Shown here: positions 1 through 14,150 of the stretch, piece after piece
Layout of the letters: each line of letters begins with the position of its first letter
Numbering within the stretch: the first letter of the stretch is position 1
Assembly: GCF_009914755.1 (NCBI RefSeq)
Contig: NC_060926.1
DNA: 64,000 bases
Reading direction: 5' to 3' (one strand)
Source of the DNA: the human T2T-CHM13v2.0 reference genome, Homo sapiens
Notes under the pieces: generated by a model
Databases searched by the model: none
Seen by the model: only the letters and a program-made list of their open reading frames with translations
Told to the model about the DNA's origin: nothing
Program-made: the position numbers and the translations under genes

Positions 1-138
1 ACAGAAGTAGTCACGAAGGCCCAGCCAATTTCAAAAGGAGGGAAAACAGACTCTGCCTTTTGGTTGGGAAGCAGCAGTGTTCTAGAAGAACACGTGGGAC
101 CAAGATGTGGCCATTTTGAGAAATTGTAATCTGTCACA
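1..138 (-). mobile_element. MLT1 (J/K/L-like) MaLR LTR fragment
   Basis: Ends in ggccattttgagaaattgtaatctgtcaca, resembling the reverse complement of an old MLT1 5' end. Confidence 0.55.
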
Positions 139-349
139 ATTTTGTACAGGTCTGTCATCGGCTGTGACCTACCCTGGGGTGGAGGGTGGTGGGGGGTGAA
201 TACAAACACCCAGGTGCTTTCGGCTGAGAAAAGGATCTGCAGTAACTGAAAGGTTATCTTCTTAAGATAGTCACTGGTATGGGGTGTTCATAATAAAGGC
301 ATATAGAAGTTGAGGAAGAGATGCTCAGAAATACTCAAGGGTAGGTTTA

Positions 350-720
<371 letters not shown>

Positions 721-723
721 TCA

Positions 724-1023
<300 letters not shown>

Positions 1024-2479
1024 TTATATTCCCTCATGTGATCACAGAAGGCAGAGAAGAGGGAACCCGACATCTCAGTCTTTCAGGAAACATTAAGTGA
1101 CAGAAAATGTGAACCTGAGATCGGCTTGGTGCCCTGCTATAACTGAGAGCTGGCCTGACCCCGTGTGTCCATCTCTCAAATCTTTCTGGTCTCTTCCCAC
1201 TGAAGGGATGGACCAGTGGCTCTCCACTAAATCATGCCATCATTTTGTCATAACTTGTTTTGATCCAACATAGAGTGTAAATCAATCATTTTGTTTTTAC
1301 ACATGGTCCCATATGCACGCAAAATAAGGAAGTCTTTATCCACTGAACATATTGTTTAAATAACAGCTACCAAAATACATTTAAAGATCTTTATTGGGAT
1401 ACTAAGACTGTAGCATTTTGGGTATGGTGAACTAGCTTCTCTGAGAAAACAATAGGCAAGATCTTTTTTCTAAGGGTGAGTGGGTGGAAGGACGGAAGGT
1501 GGGCATGAAGTAGCTAAAGAGCACATGCCCCAGCTGTTAAAGCCAGGGTGTTTAATGTATTAGGTAAGACGGTGCCATGGAATAGAATTTTCCACTATAA
1601 AATTTTTCACTCTATACCAAACCTAGAAGTTTTTCTCTTACTGCCAAAACCTCACAGTAAGGTGAGGATAGACCCCTCCACCATCACAGTGTGGCTTTGA
1701 GGAAGGAAGTGAGGCCTCACAGAGGGCAGGGAAGGAGTGGGAGCCATTTCTAGACACAGAAGACATCCTTTATTCTAAAAAGTGGTCTCCTAAGGAGTCT
1801 GCCACCTCCAGTTCTGACATCACAGGGAGATGAGCCTGCCAAGCTGCCTCAGTTTCCTCAATGCAATGGTGACGTGACTGGTCTGAAGAGACACTTAGTG
1901 GGGAAGGAACACTCAAGGATCACTTGTGCTTGGCTGTTTAATTTGCGAACCACACCTCCCAGCCCTTGCCAGGAGGACTGGACAGGCCATGGCGCTCACA
2001 TGATCTGACAGAAATATCCAGTGGGCATTTCTAGAGGTGGTCAGGCTCCAGCCTCTTTAAGCGCCCAGGTCTGTGGCTGTGACCTCCATGGCTAGATGCT
2101 GCCTATTTCTCTTCTAGATCAAGGCTTTCTTCTCCTGGTCCATCTCAGAATCTTTAATGGAGATAATGTAATATACAAAGTACCTTCTTTGAGAAAATTG
2201 CTCATGTAATTCCTGGCCTCTGTCTCCTTGGAAAAATAATGAATGGTCCCAAACCATAAGAGAAAGCCATTGTACAACCTCAACACACATGTCTGGGCAG
2301 CCCTAAGGAGAAGGACTGCCAACGCCGGAGAAATACAGCGACTTTCCATTGGATTTCAGGGTCATGCTTGGCCCAGCTGCTGTCTCTTTTTTCTTCTCTG
2401 GTGGAGGCCAAGGGACCCTTCAGATGGACTCTGGGATTTGTTGCTACAGCTGTCTCCTAGAGCAATGGAAAATGAACCA

Positions 2480-2635
2480 GATTTGGAAATGCAAGACCTG
2501 GGGACAGGCCCCAACTCCCCTCTTACTAGCTATGTAACTGGGGCAAATCCCTTAGCCTCTCTAAGCCTGCCTACCTATCCTCACAGGCTGGAGGTGGACC
2601 AGATGAGATGGCATGAGAAAGAGCCTGCTGGGTTC
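2480..2635 (+). mobile_element. MIR fragment
   Basis: cttactagctatgtaactggggcaaatcccttagcctctctaagcct core. Confidence 0.7.
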
Positions 2636-2650
2636 TAAAACTCTCTGTCT

Positions 2651-2890
2651 GGGCTGGGCGTGGTGGCTCACAGCTGTAATCCCAGCATTCTGGGAGGCCA
2701 AGCTGGATGGATTGCTTGAGGCCAGGAGTTTGAGACCATCCTGGCCAACATGGTGAAACCCTGTCTCTACTAAAAATACAAAAATTAGCCGGGCATGGTG
2801 GCACATGCCTGCGATCCCAGCTACTTGGGAGGCTGAAGCATGAGAGTCACTTGAACCCAAAAGGAGGAGATTCCTCCTGGACAAAATAAA
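2651..2890 (+). mobile_element. AluS with 3' part of right arm deleted
   Basis: Alu sequence stops after ttgaaccc; degenerate TSD taaaactctctgtc/taaaactttctgtc still present. Confidence 0.92.
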
Positions 2891-4184
2891 ACTTTCTGTC
2901 CATATATAGAAGATCGTAAGTGGCACTGGCTCAGCACAAGGCTTCAGGTTCCTCAATTTGGAACATTGAACAGATCAGGTTCTGAGTCCTCTGCAGGATC
3001 TTGAAGACAGAATTGACTATTCTCAGTTGACCCCTGGGCTTCCCTCGGGACAGGCTTTATAGCCTCACCCGCTTAATGCATCCCTGAAGCCTCTCAGGCA
3101 CACAGCATCTCACAGCAGTGCTATTGAGGGTGGACTGTCTGTGGGTATGGGAATTCCATATGGGTGGGTATGATGGATCCCTCCTGCAACTGGCCACTAA
3201 CACAGAATATAGAGAGCTGGCTTATGGAATTAACGAAGACCTCATAGAAAAGTGAAAATTGGGATGAAATGCCAACATAGCGCTGGGTGCTGAGATACGA
3301 TCAGTGAACTCAAATTTGTGGCTGGTTTGAGCTGGGCACTCTCCCTCTTCAGCTGCCCAGAGCTCCCACCTACCAGAACCCACTCTCAGGAAAGGCCTGC
3401 TGTCAGCCAGTAACTTCCATCTTTGATATCAGTGGAAGTTACTTGACCCTTCTCCTGTGGGTGTCTGCACTCCCAATGCAGAATGGAAGGCATTGGTCCC
3501 AAGTTGAGGACCATCAGCCCTCAACTAGCATGTTAGGGATAATCTTTTGGGGCAGGAGGATTGCCCTGGTGTCCTTAAAATTCTTCCCTTTCTCTGTCTG
3601 AGTCAGGCTGGACTTGGAGAACCCTGAGATCTGGGCTGTGAAACGTCTCAGGGATTACTTTCCACTTTCGGATGAAATAAACAAATATAGAGAAGTGTCA
3701 TCTCCTCCACCACTATAAAAATGGGGAGCCACCCAGCCCCCCAGGGCTCATCTGACAGCTGTAAACACCACCAGCTGAAACCCAGGTGGTGTGCTCAGCT
3801 TTCTGTTGAAAGAGGCACTTTAGAATGAGACCTTCTCAAGGTCAAAGGCCTTGAGTCCAGACTGGGAAAGAGCCCAATGTGCGGTGTGATTTCAGGGGCT
3901 GGGAAGGAAGCCTCCTCTCCCCACCACCAAACTTGAAAAAAAAAATAGTTCTAATCTGATCCTTGGGCTGTGTTTAAAATGCAAATTCCCCTGGGAGGGT
4001 CACAGTACTTTAAGTTTCTGGTGATTTACCTTGCAGTGTGAATGAGTCCCAGACCTATTCTTGGAAGTTTTTATTGGAATAACCAGGTGAGCTCTGAAGG
4101 ATATTCAAGGACAGAGTTAGCTACGATAATAGAGTGCTGCTGGGGGCCGGGCAGGATTAGACACTAAAGTATATTTTCTCATGT

Positions 4185-4345
4185 TGGTCTCACAATAACT
4201 ATGTAGAGTTGGGCTTATCCTTATTGTATAAACGAGGAAACTGAGGCACAGACAAGCAAATTATCTAAGATCAGTCAGCCAGGAGTAGACACAGCTGGGA
4301 CTGGAAGCCAGGTCTGCTTGGCCCCAAAGCAGTGAGGATCTCATG
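4185..4345 (-). mobile_element. MIR
   Basis: gaggaaactgaggcacaga core. Confidence 0.8.
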
Positions 4346-4561
4346 GGCCTACACTCCTCTAAGGCAGAGGAGAGGAGGGTGCTGATAGTATCAGAAGGGA
4401 AGAATGGGATCCAAACAGCAGATGAAACATCATCAGGCTGTGAGCCTCCTAATGCACAGCTCCAGGGCTTCAAGGAGAGGCTGTTCCAAACCACCCTCAA
4501 GGCCACCATGTGCCCTGCACAGTGGGTGGTGCTCTGAGTCTAGAAAGGAGAAAACCTAGAG

Positions 4562-4738
4562 CAGTGGTTCTCAATCTTGGGTGTTGTCAGGGAGCTTGTG
4601 GACACACACATTGCTGGGCCCCATCCCCAGAATTTCTGACTCAGTAGGTCCAAAGGGAAGGGTCAAATTTGCAATTTACACAATATCCCAGGCGATGCTA
4701 ACCCTGCTGATCTGGGGACCACACTTTGCAAACCACCT
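4562..4738. mobile_element. MER5A hAT-Charlie DNA transposon
   Basis: cagtggttctcaa ... ggggaccacactttgcaaaccac terminal inverted repeats and typical body. Confidence 0.85.
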
Positions 4739-4829
4739 GAGTTAGTGCCCATCTCAAGGAGTTTCTCTCTGTTGAGGTCAAGATATGTACCGGTAACCAG
4801 CAGAGAGATTTAGTAGATGGGAGTGGGGG

Positions 4830-5690
4830 AAGCTGCTGTAATAAAGAGACCCTACAATAAATCAGTGGCTTAAAGAAGATCAAAGTTTCTCCCTTAGGTG
4901 ACAGTCTGCAGTGGATGTTGTGGTGCACCACCCAGACCCTTTCTTCATCCATTTCCCCAGCTGCTGGGTGCATTGGTTGTTGAGGGCTCTTAGCTTAGTC
5001 CCTCTCTGGGAATTACCCTTGGAAAAAGGGGGCTGCCTCACCCAAGTTGTGCCCCTTTTGGGAGCAGCCTTTATCCAAAAAGGACTAGTAGGTATGGCGT
5101 AAAAAGTTTCCATCCCCATGCCTCAGTCTAGGACATCTTGGAAGGGCCATCCCAGGTCTAGAGCTCCCCACTGGATCAGTGCAGGGCTCTTGCCAAACTT
5201 CACTGTGGTTCAGTTTCTCCTGCCCTGCCACTTACAGGTGCTCCTCCTGAGAGCTTTCCCCAGCAAACCTCTTGGGGAGTCTGTTCCTAGTCAACTGATC
5301 TAAGATACAGTCAAAGTGAGCATTACTGGTTGGCAGGTAGCTTTGCTGCCCTTGATCATTGAGGGACCCAAGTTTTTTCCATCTTGTTCTTTATCCCTTC
5401 AGCTTTGTCCCAGGTTGAAGCCAGGTTGCAGGCCCCTCTGTGCTCCAGCTTTGTGGGAAATGGAAAGAGAATGTAGAGGAAACACACTGTGCCTTAAGAC
5501 ATCGGCCTGGAAGTGGCACACATCGCTTCTACCACTTCACTGTTTCTTAAAACATAGTCACGGGGCTCCACACAAGGAGGCTAGGAAGCACCCAGCAGCT
5601 GGGCAGCCTGGTAGGCTACGCCTGCTACTTTGGAAGAAGAGTAAAAGAGAGGGTGGTGGGTGGCCAGGAGTCTCCATGGCAACCTCTGAA
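4830..5690 (-). mobile_element. old MaLR/ERVL LTR (MLT1/LTR33-like), interrupted by LTR16
   Basis: atcagtggcttaaa and ggaagtggcacacatcgcttct motifs flank the LTR16. Confidence 0.5.
4907..5307 (+). mobile_element. LTR16A-like ERVL solo LTR
   Basis: Starts tgcagtggatgttgtggtgcaccacccagacc, ends ctaagata; TSD cagtc at 4902-4906 and 5308-5312. Confidence 0.8.
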
Positions 5691-7650
5691 TAAGAATTTG
5701 TGTAGCCCTGAGAATCTGTACCACAAAGCTCGTTAGATAGGGCCGCAGGTGTGAGCCATTTACTGGGCACAAAGACCCCTACAGCACTGTCATTCATGTG
5801 GACAAAAATTTCTAGAGCTACTTAGGCATTGCTCACTAGGGACTCTCCATAAAAAGCAGCACTGCAGGTTTTGCACAATACTCTTGTGCTGGCCATAACT
5901 TGTCATTTCTTCTCCATTCAAGACAGCTTAGCTGGACATAAGTGAGACAAAGTAACACGACAGAGATAACCTTCAACAGACTCAGTCAAAGAAAATGATT
6001 CCCAAGCTTCAATTTTTTTTTTTATTAATCACAAATTACTTGTAAAAGTCTTCCATCTGATCAAGACGAGTGGTTGCCTGATTTTGCTTGTGCCCTCCCC
6101 ACTTGAGAGCGGGGCAAGCAGTGTGGGTTTGACAGTGCCGACGGGGAGGGCTGGCTTATTGCACCCGGATAGGGCAGACAATCCTTGGCTGTCACGGAAG
6201 TCTTGTCAAAGGCCCAAGCAAAGGGTCACATCATACTGACCCTACCATCCCCCTGGCTTAGAGTTCACAGTCCGTCTTTGTTATAACTTTGCTGCAAACA
6301 CCCTCAACTTGTTTGCCTCCCTCCCACTCTGACAAGCCTTTGTCTCCTCCATTCTGTGCCTGAGATGCCAAACGTTGCTGGAGAGAATCTTATATTTAGG
6401 CCAATTCACTTAATGTTTATTACCCTAAACCTCAAATGTGCAGGCAACACCATGGGGCAGTTTTTGCCTTGCATGCCTCCTCAGGAAATTCCTGCACAGC
6501 TTCCCACTCAGCCCCCACATCCACTTTCCCTCTCCATTCCAGCCCTTTGCAGGCGCCTTGTTCTTCATGGAGAAAATAGAAAGCATTAGAGGAGACTCCT
6601 TCTCCAATCTCTCACCAATACCACCAGTGCCCACTGCACCTCACCCCAGTCTCTAGTTTCTGTCTAAGGCCAACCCCTCCTCTTGGTCTATAAATCTTAT
6701 CCCCAAGTCCTGAGTTTACATTGGCAGCCCTGCCGGCAGACTCAATACTGAGCTGTCTGCTCAGCATCCGCACTGGGTGTCCAGTGGCAGAGGGAAAGCA
6801 AGGGCTGTGCTGGGGAGACGAGTGATGGGGAAAAGCTGTGGGAGGCCACCTCCACCAGGAGTGAGTGACCCACTGCCTCCCAAATACCTCTGATGGGAGG
6901 GTTATGCAAAGCCCCCCTCAATTCTACTCCCAACAGGCCACACTCTTTGGCCTTGGAGCCGATGGCCTCCCTGGAGGTGACTTCTAAGACTGGCTCTCTT
7001 CCCGAGCGGGTGGGAGAGTTGGGGCTAGGCTTCGGTGCTTGTCCTTCTCTATCTCAGGGGGTGCCAAATTGCCTGAGGCCCAAGCCGTGCCAGGGAAAAT
7101 TTGCTGACAGGCCTGTGTCCCGGTGTCCCTTCTGGGGAAGGGAAGGGAGGCACCAGCTGGGTGAGGAGGGAGTGCTCTCGCAGAGGAGCCCCTCCCGCCT
7201 GCCCTGCCTGGGGGCGCCAAGAGCTCCAGGTTCTAGATCAGCAGCAGAGGCATCTCAGTAAGAAGCTGCCTGGTGCCGGGTGAGGGGCAGTCTCTTTACT
7301 CACCCTGCTCCTGGCCTGTCCTCTCTCCGACTCCCCACACTGTCCAACTGGTTTGTTCCTTGGCCAGCATCTGGGAGCCAATTTATTCAGCCCTGAGGTT
7401 TGTTTTGTTAAGGACTTTAAAATGTATTAAGAAATGCGCGAAGAGCTTTGTCATCACTTTTCCCTTTCTAACGTACCTGAGCAATTGGATCAGGAAGTCC
7501 TTGCCTGCCTGTCCTCCTGGCGGACCACCAGAGCTAGCCGAAGTCCCAAAATGGGGCAAGAAGGTAGGGCTGTGTCCCCTTCAAGCCACTCCTCTGGCCA
7601 AATAGCCTGGGCTGTAGCAATCTGAGCCAGGAGGGGTGTTCATGGAGGAG

Positions 7651-7859
7651 GGTGTGATGGCTCGTGGCTGTAATCCCAGCACTTTGGGAGGCCAAGGTGG
7701 GTGGATCACCTGAGGTCAGGAGTTTGAGACCAGCTTGGCCACCATGCCGAAACCCCATCTCTACTAAAAATACAAAAATTACCCGGGCATGGTGGTGCAT
7801 GCCTGTAATCCCAGCTACTCAGTAGGCTGAGGCAGGAGAATCGCTTGAACCTGGAGGGC
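7651..7859 (+). mobile_element. AluS fragment with no tail or TSD (near-copy of the Alu at 8487)
   Basis: Alu body truncated at both ends; shares private variants with 8492-8700. Confidence 0.95.
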
Positions 7860-8154
7860 ATAGACAAGAGGTGGGCCCAGGTCTCTCTTAGGAGTTCTCC
7901 CTGTGGCTGTGGAGAGAATGCCTGATGTTTCTCTCATCTTAGCCCAGGCACTGAAGAGAGAATGCTTGTCTCAAAATGAGTTCAGAGGCTTTTATGGATT
8001 CAGTTGTATCTCCCTCCAAAGAGGTATGTTGAAGTCCTAACCCCTGGTACCTCAGAATGTCACCTCACTTGGAAATAGCATTGTCATGGATATAATTAGT
8101 TAAGATGAAGTCACGTTGGAGGAAGGGTCCCTAATTTAATGTGAGTGGTATCTA

Positions 8155-8454
8155 TTTTTTTTTTTTTTTTTTGGCATGGTCTCACCGTGTCACCCAGGCT
8201 GGAGTGTAGTAGTGTGATCATAGCTCACTGCAGCCTTGAACTCCTGGGCTCAAGGGATCCTCCCATCTCAGCCTCCTGAGTAGCTGGGACTATTGTGACC
8301 TACCATGATGACTGGCTAATTTTAAAACAATATTTTTTAGAGATGGGGTCTTGCTATGTTGTCCAGGCTGGTCTCAAATTCCTGGCTCAAGCAGTCCTCC
8401 ACCTTGGCCTCCCAAAGTACTGGGATTACAGATGTGAGCTACTGTGCCCAGCCT
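8155..8454 (-). mobile_element. AluJ
   Basis: Poly-T, dimer, TSD taatgtga(g/c)tggtat. Confidence 0.95.
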
Positions 8455-8486
8455 AATGTGACTGGTATTTTTAAAAGAAGAGGTCA

Positions 8487-8954
<468 letters not shown>

Positions 8955-9829
8955 CTACAGGTTTCTGAGGGAGCATGGCCCTGTCAACACCGTGACTTCA
9001 GATTTCTAGCCTCCAGAACTGGGAGATGATATATTTTTGTTGCTCTAAGCTACCCAGTTGTGGTGCTTTGTTACAGCAGCCCTAGAAAACTAATACAGAG
9101 TTGAAAGCAGCTTCACTCCGCAGCACCCATTTAAACAGGATTTATGTCGTCTGTGCACAGCCAGTTAATGGTCCAACACATCCTGGAGGTTCATCAGTCA
9201 CTCCAGTCCTGAAAAGCCCTCGATGGAACCTAGTCACCATCAGGACAAGGAGGGTACCTGTGTGTCGAGCCCCACTAGGATCTTGGGCAGAGATCAGGCC
9301 TCTGGGGTCAGGGTGGTTAATAGACCTGGACCCTAATCCAGGCTTTCAATATGTGTTCTGCAAAGCCACATTAAGGGCCAACCCTGGGAAATCTATAAGA
9401 TGCACTGTCTTACTCAAAGTTAATGTGCTTCAGATTAATGTCTCAGCAAAACAGCAGGTTATTATTAAAGGTCACAAACCTTTAAATAAAAGGTTCACAA
9501 ACCTTCAGAGTTGACTAGAGAATATCTGACTCTATGAATGTTACATCTGTGAATGCTGAGGCTATGGCAATGAATGAGGTATCCTGATACATTCCAGCAC
9601 ATCTGCATCCTACCCTAAATGCCCTGGTTGGTCCTGGATGTGCAGACCTGTCCTCCTTTTCCATGCGTCATGCTTGGGGGCTCTGCTGCACAGCTCTCAT
9701 GCACACCACCAACCCCATGAAAACTCAGCTCTCCCAAAACCACACCTGGCTAATCTGAGAAACAAATTCAGGTCCTCAGTAATAGTAACACGCCCCATTT
9801 GTTCACCTCCTATACCCTGCTCCAGGCAG

Positions 9830-10010
9830 CATTCCATTTTATCCTCACAATAACTCTGTGAAGTGGCCTGTTATCTCCTTCTTACAGATGAAAACACAGC
9901 AGCTCAGAGAGGTTGAGGAGTTGACCCAAGGTCACACAGCTGGTGATGGGCAGAGCTGGAACCAGCCCCAGTCCATGTGACTCCAAAGCTGCAGCTGTCT
10001 CCACTCTGTC
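9830..10010 (-). mobile_element. MIR
   Basis: ttacagatgaaaacacagcagctcagagaggttg...cccaaggtcacacagctgg. Confidence 0.85.
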
Positions 10011-10916
10011 CTGATGGGAGGGTCACTCTGCCCTCCTCCCAGGAGAGCTGCCTACTTCCCGACAGAGGCCTTTTACAAAATCATAATCCTTGAGAATTTT
10101 AGGCAATGTGACGTGCCATGGTTGGAAACCATTGGAGAGGCAAGTCCTTCTAGGGCAGTATTTATGCCTATGAATTCAGGAAAGTCTCAATGCTCAGTTC
10201 TGGGTCTATTTTTAGCTCCTCTCCATCTTGCCACTGGCCCAGGAGTGGCCTGAAACTCTGTTGGCCTCCTAGGGCAGCACTGCTGAGCAGATTGGGCTCC
10301 ATCTATTGAAATGCTCATGGCATTTGAGATGAGGTGCTTTTCCCAATTAATTCTAACCTGTCAGTTTTGATTTTTTTCCTTTGAAGCCCAAATAACAACG
10401 TGTCACCTTTCTCGACAAAAAGCCAGCATTGGCGTTGACTTTTCTCTTTGGGCTAGACTCATGGAAGGTGCCAGAATCAGGGAACTGGAGCTTGTTTTTG
10501 TGTATATAGGGGAAAAAATCTTGGAGTTACATAGATCATGCAGGATCTATTCCATGGAAAGTAATGCAGCTATTACAATGCCAACGTATTTATTAACATG
10601 AAAAGGTGTTTATACTACATTGTGGAGTAACAAAAACTGTGTGTAGTATAATCCATTTTGTATTTCTTTTATCTACTTATCTGTTTTTTTTTTAATCCTA
10701 ACTTTTCTCCCAAATTAAACATGTATATCAGCTCTTCAAGTGGGGGAAATTTTTTAAAAAAGAAAAGGAAAAGGAAAGAAAATACATACGTGTTTAAATT
10801 TATAAGTAAATTTAAATACTACAGCAAATTTACTGTTAAGTGTGGAGCTGTAACAGCAAACCCTGGCCCTGAATTTCAGTGGATACTGGTCTCTCAATCA
10901 GTTACAATAAACTTAA

Positions 10917-11270
<354 letters not shown>

Positions 11271-11549
11271 TCATTTAAACATTTAAAAATTTTATTTTTA
11301 TTGACATATAATAATTGTACATATTTATGGGGTACAATGTGATGTTCTAATACATGTATACATTGTGTAAAATTCAAATCAGGGTAATTAGCGTATCCTT
11401 CACTTCATACATTTATCATTTCTTTGTGGTACGAACATTTGAGATCCTTCTAGCTATTTTGAAATATACAATACAATATTGTTAACCATAGTCACCCTAC
11501 TGTGCAATAGAACGCCAGAACTTATTTCTTCTATTTAATTAGTTGTTTA

Positions 11550-14150
11550 AATTTTTAAATTTTGAATTTTTGTGGGTATATAATATGTGTATATATTTAT
11601 GGGGTACATAAGATATTTTGATACATACATGCAATGCATTATAATCATATCATGGGAAATGGGGTATCCATCAACTCAAGCATTTATGCTTTGTGTTACA
11701 TACAATCCAATTATACTTTTAGTTATTTCTAAATGTACAATTAAATTGTTATCGACTATAGTCACACTGTTTTGCTGTCAATTACTAGGTCTTATTCATT
11801 CTAACTATTTTTTTCTGTACCCATTAATCATCCTGATCTATCCCCTATACCCGCACCACTAGCCTTCCCAGCCTCTAGTAACCATCCTTCCCTTCTCTAT
11901 ATCCATGAGTTCAATTGTTTTGATTTTTAGATCCCACAAATGAGTGACAACATGCAATGCTTTTTTTTTTTCTGTACTTGGAGGGCTTATTTCACTTAAC
12001 ATAATGATCTCCAATTCCATGCATATTGTTGCAAATGACAGGATTAATTCTTTTTTTATGACTGAATAGTACTCCACTGTGTATATGTAGCATATTTTCT
12101 TCATCTATTCATCTGTTGATGGACACCAAGGGTGCTTCCAAATCTTGGCTATTGTGAACAGTGCAGCAACAAATATGGGAGTGCAGGTATCTCTTTGATA
12201 TACTGATTTCCTTTTCATTGGGTATATACCCAGCAATGGGATTGCTGTATTGTATGGTAACTCTATTTTTAGTTTTTGGGAGAACGTCCAAACTGTTCTC
12301 CATAGTGGTCATACTAATTTACATTTCCACCAACAGTGCATGAGGGTTCCCTTTTCTCCACTTCCTCTCCAGCATGTATTACTGCCTGTCTTTTGGATGA
12401 AAGCTATTTTAACTGGTGTGAGATGATATCTCATTGTAGTTTTTTTGTTTTGTTTTGTTTTGAGACAGAGTCTTACTCTGTTGCCCAGGCTGGAGTGCAG
12501 TGGCACAATCTCAGCCCACTGCAACCTCCACCTCCTGGGTTCAATGATTCTCCTGCCTCAGCCTCCCAAGTAGCTGGGATTATAGGTGCCCACCACGCCC
12601 AGCTAATTTTTGTGTTTTTAGTAGAGACGGGGTTTCACCATGTTGGTCTTGAACTCCTGACCTCAAGTGATCTGTCAAGTGATCTGTCTGCCTCAGCCTC
12701 CCAAAGTGCTGGGTTTATAGGTGTGAGCCACTGCGTCCAGCCTCACTGTAGCTTTGATTTGCATTTCTCTGATGATCAGTGATGGGGAACACCTTTTCAT
12801 ATGCCTGTTTGCTATTGTATGTCTTCTTTTGAGAAATGTCTATTCAAATCTTTTGCCCATTTTTTTAGTTAGATTATTAGTTTTTTTTCCTATGAAGCTG
12901 TTTAAGCTCCTTATATACTCTGGTAATTAATACTTGTCAGATGAGTCGTTTGCAAATATTTTCCCCCATTGTGTGGGTTGTCTCTTCACTTTGTTGATTG
13001 TTTCCTTCACTATGCAGAAGCTTTTTAACTTGATGTGATCCCATTTGTCCATTTTTGATTTGGTTGCCTATGCTTGTGGGGTATTACTCAAGAAATTTTT
13101 GCCCAGACCAATGTCCTGGAGAGTTTCCCCAATGTTTTCTTGTAGTAGTTTTATAGTTTGAGGTCTTAAAGTCTTTAATTCATTTTGATTTAATTTTTGT
13201 ATATGGCAAGAGGTTGGGGTTGAGTTTCAGTCTTCTGCATATAGATATTCAGTTTTCCCAGCACCATTTATTGAAGAGACTGTCTTTTCCCCAGTATATG
13301 TTCTTGGCACCTTTGTTGAAAATGAGTTCACTGTGGGTGTGTGGATTTGTTTCTGGGTTCTCTATTCTGTTTCATTGGTCTATATGTTTGTTTTTATGCC
13401 AGTACCATGCTGGTTAACAAAACTCTGTAGTATAGTTGAAAGTCAGGTAATGTGATTCCCCCGGATTTTTGGGTTTGTTTTTGTTTTTGTTTTTTGCTTA
13501 AGATAGCTTTGGCTATTCCGGGTCTTTTGTGTGGTTTTTTTTTTCTATTTCTGTGAAGAATGTCAGTATTTTGATAGGGATTGCATTGAATCTGTAGAGT
13601 GCTTTGGGTTGTATGGACATTTTAACAATATTGATTCTTTCAATTCACGAACATGAAATAGCTTTACTTTTTTTGGTGTTCTTTTCAATTTCTTTCATCA
13701 GTGTTTTATAGTTTTCATTGTAGAGATTTTTCATTTCTTTGGTTAATTCCTAGCTACTTAATTTTATTTGTGGCTACTTTAATGGAATTTTTTTTTCATT
13801 TCTTTTTCAGATTGTTCGTTGTTGGCATATAGAAATGCTACTGATTTTTGTATGTTGATTTTGTATCCTGCAAATTTACTGAATTTGTTCACAAGTTTTA
13901 ATAGTTTTTTGGCAGAGTCTTTAGGTTTTTCCAAATATAAGATCCTATCATCTGCACATAAAGATAGTTTGACTTCTTCCTTTCCAGCCTGGGTGCCCTT
14001 TATTTCTTCCTCTTGTCTGATTGCTCTAGCTAGGACTTCCAGTACTATGTTGAATAACAGTGGTGAAAGTGGGCATCCTTGTCATGTTCCAGATCTTAGA
14101 GGAAAGGCTTTCAGTTTTTCCCCATTCAGTATGTTATTAGCTGTGAGCCT
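11550..14150 (-). mobile_element. L1MA2/3-like 3' portion (ORF2 C-terminus plus 3' UTR) nested in the older L1
   Basis: Second L1MA 3' UTR begins about 11560; minus-strand ORFs 11859-12104 and 12309-12524 give degenerate ORF2 peptides ([22 protein letters not shown]). Confidence 0.9.
12440..12742 (-). mobile_element. AluS inside L1
   Basis: TSD ctca(t/c)tgtag; internal tandem duplication of caagtgatctgt. Confidence 0.95.

Noticed and set aside
177-197. G-rich run as a G-quadruplex
   Set aside because: Such runs are common in this window and nothing links it to function.
6900-7620. Possible CpG-island promoter
   Set aside because: GC-rich but CpGs are sparse by eye.
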